A program made the position numbers and the translations under genes. A DNA stretch of 49,935 nt, taken from positions 1-49,935 of the forward strand of contig NW_021834291.1 in assembly GCF_006345805.1 (NCBI RefSeq), given 5' to 3'. Source of the stretch: Octopus sinensis. Its lineage: Eukaryota. Within the stretch, counting starts at the first letter, position 1. Each line of letters opens with the position of its first letter. The notes under the pieces were generated by a model. It saw only the letters and a list, made by a program, of their open reading frames with translations, made no database searches and had not been told where the DNA came from. This document shows, piece after piece, positions 38,814-49,935 of the stretch.

Positions 38814-38987
38814 CTATCTATCTATATATATATATATTATATATAATATATATTTAGGTTGGTTGGTGGGTTGGTTGGTTGGTTGGTTGGCATCCTTTTT
38901 GTCTCGGGAGACAATGGAGTTGCGCATAAAATAGTCTAGTCCGGCTTTACATTTCATGTCCCAATTCATTTCATTTTTACATTTTAC

Positions 38988-39075
<88 letters not shown>

Positions 39076-39196
39076 GTATATATATATATATATAATGAAT
39101 CAATATAGGGTGGCAAGGAAAATTTTGTAGAATTTTATTGCCACCAGCGGCCCAGCGGAAAAAATGAAATAGTCATAGACCATTTTTAAGTTCAAC

Positions 39197-39373
39197 ATTA
39201 ACAATTAAGGAACGGCCATAATAGGCCATTCACCCACTAGAAATAACAGCCAAAGCTTCTACCGCAAATAAGATTAATTCCTGTTTACGGAATTAATCTT
39301 TATGCGCGGTAGAAGCTTGGCTGTTATTTCTAGTGGGTGAATGGCCTATTATGGCCGTTCCTTAATTGTTAAT
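39197..39373. repeat. Near-perfect 177 bp palindrome
   Basis: Outer ~57 bp perfectly inverted, two further 11 bp stems, 7 nt loop (TGTTTAC). Confidence 0.95.
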
Positions 39374-39406
39374 ATATATATATATAATATTATATATATA
39401 TATAAT

Positions 39407-39950
39407 AGGCGCAGGCGTAGCAGTGTGGTAAAAGGTTTGCTACCCAGCTATATGGTTCCGGGTTCTGTCCCACAGCGTGGCACTTTGAGCAGTTCTCCTC
39501 CACTATAGCTTAGGGCCGACCAAAGCCTTGTGAGTCGATTTGGTACACGGAAGCTGAAAGAAGCCCGTCGTATGCGTGTCTGTGAGTGTGTATGTATGTG
39601 CGTGTATATGTATGTATATATGACTGACTGTATGAGTATGCGTGTATGTGTAGATGTTTGAGTCTACTACGATTTATCTACTAATGCCATATATCAGAAA
39701 TTTTATTCTTATTCGTATATATACACATTACGAATATATGCATATATATTATATAAAATGTATGCGATATATATATATATATATATATAATAAAAATATA
39801 TAAAATCTAGCAGTTCGGCAAATATAACAGATAGAATAAGTACTACGCTTGCAAAGAATAAGTTCTGGAGTCGATTTCTTCGACTAAAACTCTTTAAGGC
39901 GATGCTCTATCATAGCCGCAGTCAAATGATTGAAAGAAGAAAAAGAAAAT
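39407..39950 (+). mobile_element. Family 2 SINE with expanded microsatellite interior
   Basis: Head AGGCGCAGGCGTAGCAGTGTGGTAA, core 39460-39570, tail 39808-39950. Confidence 0.8.
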
Positions 39951-40531
39951 GAATATATATACATATATACATATATAATTCTCTTAGCTTAGTTTTTCCT
40001 TGGGGCTGGAAATTGCAAAGATACTCTAGAACTCGACTGAGGAAAGAAAACTCCGAATGACCCGTTCTTGTTTTCTTTGTATCGTCTATCTGGATGTTTT
40101 GCATTTATATATATACATTTGTATATGTACAAATATACATATTTATTGCTATATATATTTTTATGATTGCGTTTGTAGGTATGACAATGTATGTATGGAA
40201 TCTGTGCGTATGTATATATGTATATATATGTGTTTGTGTTTGCGTGTATGGTTTGATTCGCGACATATCTAAAAGGTGACACTTAGCAGCAGACGTAAGC
40301 GAAACATGACATTATTGTGTATCTGTTGTTCGCCGAGGTCAACTTTGCCGTTCATTCTTTCGGAGGTCGATGAAAAATAAGTACCAGTTACGTCCTGGGG
40401 ACTATGGAATTCACTATCCTCTCCCCCAAATTTTAGGCCTTGTGCCTGTAGTAGAAAGAATTAATATGTATCCTTTGTCGTTGTTGTTGCAGTTATTGCT
40501 GTGGTTGTGTTTCATTCCATTGGACTATGGC

Positions 40532-40697
40532 CAGAGCCGGATCAAGGTACCGGCAACTCGGGTGGCAACCCGGGGCGCAATGTACTAGGGAGCGCCAAGG
40601 AGGGCGTGGGAAATACAAAGAAATTTCCACGACCGTCAGCTTGTACACGCCGAAGTTCAGCTTACCAGGGGCGCCAGCAATCCTAGGACCGGCCCTA
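40532..40697. mobile_element. hAT-type MITE, 166 bp, 8 bp TSD
   Basis: ACTATGGC at 40524-40531 and 40698-40705; ends CAGAGCCGGATCAAGG / CCTAGGACCGGCCCTA. Confidence 0.85.
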
Positions 40698-40930
40698 ACT
40701 ATGGCGGTGAGGTTCCAGAACTGTCAACACGTCGAGCAAAATACTCTTTACGTTCTGACTTCTAATTCTACCAAAGTCGACATTGTCTTTCGTTCATTCG
40801 GGGACTATATGATAATGTACCAGTTAAATAGCAGGGTCGATGTAATCGACTTAACACCTCTATTCCAAAATTTTTGGCCTTTTGTCACTCTTTGAAAGCA
40901 TATTATTTCTTTGCAATATACGATTTATGG

Positions 40931-40972
<42 letters not shown>

Positions 40973-41409
40973 CGCTGGAGTTGAATTAGGGACAGCTGAT
41001 GAAGGGGATTTATTCCTTGTGTAGTTTGTCTAGTACTCTGTTTTTTCTTTGTAAAAAAAGGTTTGTTCCATGCTTGTTTTTACGTTTTCGTTCTCGTTGA
41101 GTTCTGCGTCTATTTGTGGTGTCCTGTACTCACATATATATCTATATATGCATGTATATATACATGTAGATGTAGGTACGTACATATATGTATGTATGTA
41201 TGCATATATTTTATTTATTACACTATTATATATATATATATGGGCGCAGGCGTGGCAGTGTGGTACGAAGTTTGCTTCCCGGCAATAAGTGAAATAATTG
41301 AAATAATAAACAGACAAAAAAAAAACTAAAATAACGATTAAGAAAAAACAATGACCTAAACTTTGCGAAAATCAGAACATGAAGAAGGCCAAAATACTGC
41401 TAAGCACCA

Positions 41410-41745
41410 TCATCACCACCACCACCACCATCATCATCGTCGTCGTCATCATCGTCATCATCATCATCATCATCACCATCATCATCATCACCATCATCAT
41501 CAGCAGCAGCAGCAACCATCATCATCATCATCATCATCATCATCTTCATCATCATCTTCACCATCATCATCATTATCATCATCATCATCATCATCATCAT
41601 CAATACCATCATCATTATCATCATCATCCTCATCATCATCATCATCAATACCATCATCATCATCAATACCATCATCATCATCATCACCACCATCATCATC
41701 ATCATCATCATCATCAACAACAACAACAACAACAACAACAACAAA
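41410..41745. repeat. (CAT)n/(CAC)n/(CAA)n compound microsatellite
   Basis: Direct reading. Confidence 0.95.
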
Positions 41746-42499
41746 GCACAAAGAAAATGTGACCCCTGTCTCCAAGTATCGCACCAACCATCCATCCAGC
41801 CGTCCAACACAACCACGTTATATTTTGCTTAACCTCTTTGAGACAATTTTGAGACCGAAATCTTTTCTAGGTTAATTCATTTCGGCGTGGCTAGAACATA
41901 AGATTGGAAACTACGTATCTAGAAAAATATATATAACGGAGAAATGATTAGGTTAAGAGTGAAAAAAAAGAACAGAAAATGAAATCAAATAAATTAAAAT
42001 AAAAGATGGGTAAGATGTGTAACCAACACATCCATATATCTGTCTTGTGGCGTTAGAATCGACAATATAAGATAATAAAAACATTACTAAAGCTATATAA
42101 AAACACACATTAAAACAAAAGAAGAAAATATACGTATGAGTTTGGCCCCTATTGAAAGAGATAATAAAGTGACGAGGGGCCGTGGAGTTATGCAGTTTGC
42201 TCCTTTCCCACCCTACCTAAACACACCTACATACTGAGTCATAGTTTATCCCAAAACCCCATGTTCCTTTCTCCTGCCACCTCATACGCCACCACCACCC
42301 CACCACCACACCACCACCACCACCACCCCACCACCACCACCACCACAATCACCGTACTGCTATCACCACCACCACCATTCCGTTGTCTCCTTTCTTTCTC
42401 AAAACAGATCACTCGGGCCCATATTGTCATAGGGATTCGGATCAGTAGCTGAGGGCGTGTAAGCCGGTGCACCTATTCTGTTGTTACGTGGGTGTGGTG

Positions 42500-42501
42500 T
42501 G

Positions 42502-42543
<42 letters not shown>

Positions 42544-42592
42544 TTATATATATAGATATATATATAATATTATATATATATATATACATACA

Positions 42593-42637
<45 letters not shown>

Positions 42638-42735
42638 CATATATATATATATACATATATATATAATGTATGTATATTTATGTGTGTATATATGTATATA
42701 TATATATACAAGCACACACACACACACACACGCAC

Positions 42736-42768
<33 letters not shown>

Positions 42769-42898
42769 TACACGCATATATATGTATATATATACATATA
42801 TGTATAATATATATATATATATATGCATGTATATATATGTATATATGTGTATGTGTTGCGTGTGCATTTTACATACATATACATATATATATATATAC

Positions 42899-42985
<87 letters not shown>
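42500..42985. repeat. Long (TA)n/(CA)n microsatellite block (representative of many in the window)
   Basis: Direct reading. Confidence 0.95.
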
Positions 42986-43696
42986 CGGATTCTCGCCCAC
43001 AGTGCGATGAAGATCTAAAGACATCTGGTTGTGTTTAAACAACATAGTACGTTTCAACCCTTACACATACATATATACATACATACATACATACATACGT
43101 ACATACATACATAACATACATACATGCACGTACGCACATAAATCCACAAAGACAAATCAGAGACACAACAGCAGCACACATCCATCTATGCATACATGGC
43201 CGCACAAACAAACAAACAGAGAGTGTCACGCACTCACAGATAAACAAAGATAACATGCACACATTAACACATATTACTGTAGTTTCTTTTCCGTCCTTTT
43301 CTCCTTTCTCGCGATTATTAACAAGTGCTGATTGCATTCACAATGATGCTTGCACCTATTTACACATTCATATATTTATGTATGTATGTATGTATATATA
43401 TTTATATACCCCACATTACTGTATTGTTAAATCAGTATAGTTTTTTTTGGTGCATCTAAGTTAGGTACCATATTCAAGTAAATTTTTTAAAATTAACTTG
43501 AATCTTTATTGCTCTTTGAATATATTTATATATATATATATACGGCTATTCAACCCCGTGGAAGTATGTGTCTATATATTTCATGTTCGTGTTTATGCAT
43601 TTATGTGTAGATTGTTGTATAATTGAATACGTCAGCGATACTGACAGAACTTCAAAATCTAAAATATACATATCTATTCTTATGTATATGTAACTT

Positions 43697-43731
<35 letters not shown>

Positions 43732-43777
43732 CAGCATATTGGCATTGAAATAATTTTCTTTAGCCCTTATATATAAG

Positions 43778-43811
<34 letters not shown>

Positions 43812-43864
43812 CTATATAATATATATATATATATAGTATATATATATACATATATATCATATAT

Positions 43865-43990
43865 ATAAATGCGCCCTTTTAAAGCCTAGCCAGGCTCATG
43901 GGCCTGGTTTCAATGGCGTATGTGTTCCCTAGCTGGACGGGACGCCAGTCCATCGCAGCGTTACTCATTTTTGCCAGAAATGAAGTGATT
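43865..43990 (-). mobile_element. SINE fragment with V-domain-like motif
   Basis: Minus strand GCTGCGATGGACTGGCGTCCCGTCCAG resembles the V-SINE central domain. Confidence 0.55.
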
Positions 43991-44011
43991 TGCTCAAGAA
44001 CACAACACAAA

Positions 44012-44043
<32 letters not shown>

Positions 44044-44053
44044 TCTTCCTAAA

Positions 44054-44430
44054 CACATGATTCCGTGTTCAGTCCCACTGTATTTATGTTGGTCAAGTGT
44101 TTTCTACTAGAGCTTCGGGCTGATCAAAAACTTGTGATCGCATTTGGAAATTTGGAAGACGGAAACTGAAAGAAGCCCGTCGTATATATGTATATATTTG
44201 TATGTGTATGTATATGTTTGTGTGTATGTGTTTGTCCCCCAACATCGCTTGACATCCGATGGTGGTGTGTTTACTTCCCCGTAACTTAGCGGTTCGGCAA
44301 AGGAGAGCGATAGAATAAGTACTAGGCTTCCAATGAATAAGTCCTGGGGTCGACTAGCTCGACTAAAGATGGTGCTCCAAAATGGTCGCAGTCAAATGAC
44401 TAAAACAAGTAATAGAGAGTAAAAGAGAGT
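44054..44430 (+). mobile_element. Family 2 SINE, 5'-truncated
   Basis: GTTCAGTCCCACTG, GACGGAAACTGAAAGAAGCCCGTCG, family tail. Confidence 0.85.
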
Positions 44431-44481
44431 AATGATCAATGTATGTTTGTGTTTGTGAATGTACGTGAGTGGGAATGTGTG

Positions 44482-44515
<34 letters not shown>

Positions 44516-45110
44516 AGGGGAAAGATAGAGAACGAAAGAGCGATATAATCCTCACAAGCCAGCTATCGAGCGTTCGTTTAATCAATGCGAGTACAACGCA
44601 ATTAATTAGAAATTAGTTGGGGCTATGATAAGTGACTATATGAATAAAATGTATGTATAGATATCTGTGTGTGCGTGTGCGCGCGAGTGTGTGATTAAAA
44701 AATTGCACAAAAGGATAACAAAGGAACAATCGGAAAATTCACAAACAAGACGTGGACATGCTGTTTCATCAATTATTATCCAAAAATCATCACGATTTCA
44801 CGCCTTTAACGATAATATTTTTCATTTTATACGTGTATGTATATGTATGCCTTTTACTAAATACCCGGCTGTATTCAAGTTTTATCTTTCAAATTTTCGT
44901 TTTTTTGGGGGGTGTGGGTTGGAGCATCAGGGTTATTTTATACATATTCGATGTTTCCAGACCTTCGTCGTATGTGTTGTTTCTTATATGCTGGTCGAGT
45001 TCATGAAGAATGTACCACCAAAGTATTTTCATTCTTTTACTATTGGTCTCATATGTCAGCATAGAATATACAAAAATCTAAATGGAAAAGAATAGAACCT
45101 GAACATAGTC

Positions 45111-45154
<44 letters not shown>

Positions 45155-45206
45155 AACATATAGACAACGCACATACATATATGCACACGCACCCACACCG
45201 CATATA

Positions 45207-45244
<38 letters not shown>

Positions 45245-45249
45245 TAAGG

Positions 45250-45450
45250 GGAAATTTTACGAAAATAAACAAAAGACGAAGTAGGTAGGTGGAGTACAAA
45301 CAAACAAATCTATTAGTATAGCGCCCAGGAATAGAAATAGAAAAAGTATTTTATGTTTCGAGCCTACGCTCTTCAACAGAAAGATACACAGAAAAAAAAC
45401 AAGGAGAGAAAAAATGCGTGTAGGAGCTAACGTTCTATCATGGCGTCCTG
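45250..45450 (-). mobile_element. Family C-related repeat with degenerate HHR (45348-45383)
   Basis: CUUU-CUGUUGA-A-GAGC(GUAG)GCUC-GAA-ACAU-A|AAAU. Confidence 0.55.
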
Positions 45451-45519
45451 ATATATATAATATATATATATATATATATAATATAATATATATATATATA
45501 TATATATATAAAACAAGCA

Positions 45520-45770
45520 GAGCAGCTAGTTATAAAATCTCTGTAACAAATAAAAGTAGTAACTGTACTTGCAAGTAGTGTTTGTCGCCATTTTTTCAAC
45601 ATGGCTGTTCCGAACGAACGGACTTAAATGCGATTTTTTGAATCTTCTAGCTGCAAACTGCATCCGCTATATTGCAAGCAGGGGAGCGAACCCAGACCAC
45701 CTTCTAGCAACAGGACCAACGGACCAGCTTGATTTCGGGGTGTTTTTGCCCAACCTCAGTGCCCATCGTA
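45520..45770 (-). mobile_element. Subfamily B unit with degenerate HHR (45716-45765)
   Basis: Colinear with 32400-32600 and 32200-32320; CUGAGGU-UGGGCAAAAACACCCC-GAAAU-CAAGCUG-GUC. Confidence 0.65.
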
Positions 45771-45978
45771 ACTTCGATTCAAATGTCCTCGTAAACATCT
45801 AACGTCTTGTTATTTTGAGAACACAGTTTTCGTGGTAGGACGATTTTACGTCTATTTTTATCACACAAAGTATTTACTTAGTGGTCTCTCTTTTTGATTT
45901 ACAGTCCTCGGATGTTTTTTTACGTATGCTGACCACTGGTTAAATTGGTATTATACCGTTATTATTTAATTTTTGATT

Positions 45979-46041
<63 letters not shown>

Positions 46042-46149
46042 TATATACCTATATGTATACATATATACATATATATATATATACACACATATATATATAT
46101 ATATATATAATATATATACATATACATATATATAAATATATATATATAC

Positions 46150-46195
<46 letters not shown>

Positions 46196-47277
46196 ATAAT
46201 ATAACCTATATTTCTATCACTATCAACACCATACGACTATCTCTGCCGTCACTACCACTGCCGACACCACTTCAGTATCTATCCTCACCAGTAATACCAA
46301 CCCGGCAACAACCACACCATAACTACCACCACTAACTCCGCTACAATGCTACCACTGCCACCACAACAGCGCACCCACTTTCACCAACAACATGAGCGCC
46401 ACATTCACTATCTCCACAAACATCGCCACCACCATCACCACCATCAACAAAATTATTACTAAGATCATCAACACCACCACCACAGCCTTCACGTCACAAT
46501 AGCCACTACAACCAATGCCATCTTAACAACAACTGCTACAACCGCCATCACACTCACAATATGTAATCCAGTCTAATCCAATATTCATAATCCAGCTGTC
46601 ATCTACCTCAAACGTTAAACGCGGAATACGGCTAAAGAAAGCATGGAGTACGTCTGACTCTTTCGTAGTTTAAAGATCAGACCGGTACAAGTGCTTCAGT
46701 TATTGGTTCTCTGACCTTCCAGGGTCTTGACCTCGCGATACCCAATGTTTGCGATTGTTTTCTATGGTTGAGTTACGGATGACTCTTTTGATCAGAGGAT
46801 CAGAAGGAGGTTAATAAACGGGTTAAAAATGTAAAGCAGGGTCAGTCGTATTAAAGTAGCGAAGCCTCAACGAGGCAGTAAATGTATATGTATATATATG
46901 TCTTTGCCCTCTGACAGCAGACTTGTCAATGTCAATTGGGTAAGGAAAATAAAAATAAGAAAACTAAAAGCCGGATATATAAATACAAACATGCACATAT
47001 ACACTACAAGATATACATACATATATATATGTGTGTGTGTGTGAGCGTGTGTGTAAATAAGCATATGCATATACTTGCATACGTAAACATCCAGAGACAC
47101 AAACAAATAGTCTCGAGCACAGATGATCACACTCGTGAATATAGAAATAAACACCACATATTTTGGTAAGATTTTGTGAGTGTGGGAGAAAGACAGTGTG
47201 AGAGAAGAAAAATGTAACTAGTGTGGTGAGATGTAGGAGATAATTTTATGCCAGTGTTTCCCATTGTTTGTTTGTAG

Positions 47278-47328
<51 letters not shown>

Positions 47329-47385
47329 ATATCTATCTATCTATCTATCCATCTATCTATCTATCCATCTATCTATTTGTCTATC

Positions 47386-47433
<48 letters not shown>

Positions 47434-47450
47434 GAGAGAGAGAGGGGGGT

Positions 47451-47730
47451 GGAGGCGCAATGGTCCAGTGGTTAGGGCAGTGGACTCGCGGTCGTAGGAT
47501 CGAGGTTTCGATTCCCAGATCGGGCGTTGTGAGTGTTTATTGAGCGAAGACTCCTCAAGCTCCGCGAGGTTCCGTTAGGGAGCGGTGGTGAACCCTGCTG
47601 TACTCTTTCACCACAACTTTCTCTCACTTCTTCTTCTTGTTTCTGTTGTACCTGAATTTCAAAGGGTCAGCCTTGTCACATTCTATGTCACGCTGAATCT
47701 CCCCGAGAACTACTTTAAGGGTACACGTTA
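47451..47730 (+). mobile_element. tRNA-derived SINE family 3
   Basis: A box TGGTCCAGTGG, B box GGTTTCGATTCC, non-tRNA body; second copy at 27160-27371. Confidence 0.8.
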
Positions 47731-47805
47731 ATTTCATGGGCAGGCTGTTCTGTTGATCGGATCAACTGGAACCCTCGTCTTCGTAACCGTCGGAGTGAGT
47801 GAGAA

Positions 47806-47847
<42 letters not shown>

Positions 47848-47997
47848 ATGTACATACATATACATTATTATATGCATAGATATGCCTATATATATATATG
47901 TGATTATACAAACGTGCATATCTTCGCACACCCACAGACACTTAAGTGTATATGATATAACACATACATACATGCATACATACCTATATATATAGAC

Positions 47998-48046
<49 letters not shown>

Positions 48047-48779
48047 ATATATATATACACCCATACTCGCATGCACACTTCACAGATACGTATATATATA
48101 CTCACGGGCATACGTACACGCATATACGCGTATGTATGCATATACATATGTGTATTTTTAATACTAGTATCAAATACTAGTATCAAACTCAATACATTGT
48201 GTAAAATACAGTTTATATTTATCGTAAAGATCTCCAGTTTTTACCGTAATTTTTGTACGAAAGCACCCTGTCCACATCCATAAAGGTATGTTAGATCTGA
48301 TGACCATGGTTTGGAATCGATGTACATGGAAGTTGTCTAAGAAGAAATTCCTCCGATAATGGCAATTAGATGATACCTTCCACTCAACTGATATTACAGC
48401 CTATGTTAGTATCTGGGAATTTTCGACTAGACCTGTAGTCCCAGTCATCTGTTGCAGTATGGAACAGTTTTGTCAACGACGCTCAATCTTACTGGAGAGC
48501 GTGTCCGGTTATTTACAGATACAGTAAAACGTATATCTATAATATTGTTTAAAGATACACTAACAGTAATATTGCACAACATATCGTTGTACAACAATAA
48601 TGATTTCTCACATACGCAAAAATCAAATGTTTGGGAAGATGGTTACAGTCGCTTAAATTGCTATAATGCTTGGTAAAAGACATATTCTTCTATAATTTAA
48701 ACTCAGAAATGTAAATTAATGTACTTAAAAACTGAATCCCTTTTTTGACCACTGATTCCACATCTATCAACCTACGCCT

Positions 48780-48915
48780 TCATCTTGTCAACCATTCTCC
48801 TGATTTTGTCAACCAGCCGCAGCGTTTTATTAACCACTCTCCCAATTCTATCCACTAGCGTCACCATCTCGTTAACTCCTCTCCCGATTCTCCCATCTAG
48901 TGTTACCATTTGTCT
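48780..48915. repeat. Diverged 42 bp (2x21) minisatellite, ~3 copies
   Basis: CACCAT...TTAAC..CTCTCCC.ATTCT recurs with period 42. Confidence 0.6.
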
Positions 48916-49245
48916 GTAGTTCTTATTCTCACATCCAGCATGACAAAACTGCCACGGCTCCGCTGATTTTGCCACCCACCGTCATACAAGTGCATGATGA
49001 GAATAATGAAACCTCAGTAAATGTTGTTGCTGTTATTATTGATGCTATAGTTTTTCATGTTTTGGGCAAGCCAGTTCTGTTCAAATAGACTGATGATTAA
49101 AAGTATTCTAGTCGAACTCCATTTTTCAACGTGTTCTTTAAGACGGTAGTGATAGTTTGAGTGAGATCTGGCTGTTATATCTAGGAGGTCCAGTAAGTGC
49201 TTTAGTTATGTATTTTGAAGAACGTTGTGTATGAGATTATCTTCT

Positions 49246-49478
49246 TATTTCTTTACTGCCCACAAGGGGTCAAACACAGAGGAGACAAGCAAGGACAGGC
49301 AAACGGATTAAGTCGATTATATCGACCCCAGTGCGTAACTGGTACTTATTTAATCGACCCCGAAAGGATGAAAGGTAAAGTCGACCTCGGCGGAATTTGA
49401 ACTCAGAACGTAACGGCAGACGAAATACCGCTAAGCATTTCGCCCGGCGCGCTAACGATTCTGCCAGCTCGCCGCCTT
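49246..49478 (-). mobile_element. Full-length young family 1 SINE with TSD
   Basis: Near-consensus; TATGAGATTAT(C/T)TTCTT on both sides. Confidence 0.92.
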
Positions 49479-49935
49479 ATGAGATTATTTTCTTGATGCG
49501 TGTTGCAATTGTATATTGCTGCCTGTTAAAAGTTAGCAGTATCCCCGTTTAAGGAAGCATCAAGGTCTCTGAAAATAGAGACAGTGCAAGCATGCCAAGA
49601 GGTATGGTACTTTAGCCAAATGGAAAGAATCACCATTGCGTACGAGCATCCGATTCTTGAAGGCGACGGCTGTTTGGACAATCATGTATGGAGGGAAGAA
49701 TGCCGAATAATGAGTAGAAGGAAACTGAAATTTGGAGCATTACATATTTAATAGAGAAAGGGTCAGAGAAGGCTCAATTATAAGCTACAGTGGTGCCATC
49801 TGACGTGAGGTCTCTAGCTCAAGCGACAATAGTTTAAGATTAGAAGCGTTTAGTGTTTTGCTTTCTGAGAAATTGTATATAAGAGTCAACGTTTAGACAT
49901 CTTAACGTTGCAGTTTTCATCTGAAACAAGTCTCA

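Noticed and set aside
39198-39372. TTAA at both palindrome ends as a piggyBac TSD
   Set aside because: TTAA is self-complementary and appears automatically in a palindrome; the termini lack the usual CCC/CAC start.
40990-41030. CTGATGA plus short stem as a hammerhead
   Set aside because: No GAAA or stem III follows.
48292-48325. CTGATGACCA..TGGAATCGAT as a hammerhead
   Set aside because: Non-canonical 15.1-16.1 pair and no stem I.
1-49935. Many ORFs rich in YI/IY, HT/CV, poly-I, poly-H, poly-R/K
   Set aside because: Translations of (TA)n, (CA)n, (ATT)n, (CAT)n and (GAA)n microsatellites, not genes.

Overview
AT-rich, microsatellite-saturated eukaryotic DNA. The SINE families point to a cephalopod, most likely Octopus; this is inferred from recalled repeat families, not a database search. 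No host protein-coding gene could be identified with confidence, and nearly all ORFs in the supplied track are microsatellite artefacts. The window is a TE graveyard: several tRNA-derived SINE families, an RTE-clade LINE remnant, three R4/Dong-like LINE fragments stacked in one (TAA)n tract, a Tx1/L1-like 3' end, mariner and Ginger/KRBA2-like transposase remnants, MITEs and long palindromes. The main hidden signal is about 10 type I hammerhead-ribozyme (HHR) motifs in four repeat families. These include a ~345-355 bp tandemly repeated non-coding unit with one HHR at a fixed position (non-LTR retrozyme-like), a minimal dimer-type HHR family, and a tRNA-headed SINE with an HHR-like tail. All folds were assigned by eye. 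Most copies carry core or stem defects; the best preserved are at 22376-22410 and 32016-32050.
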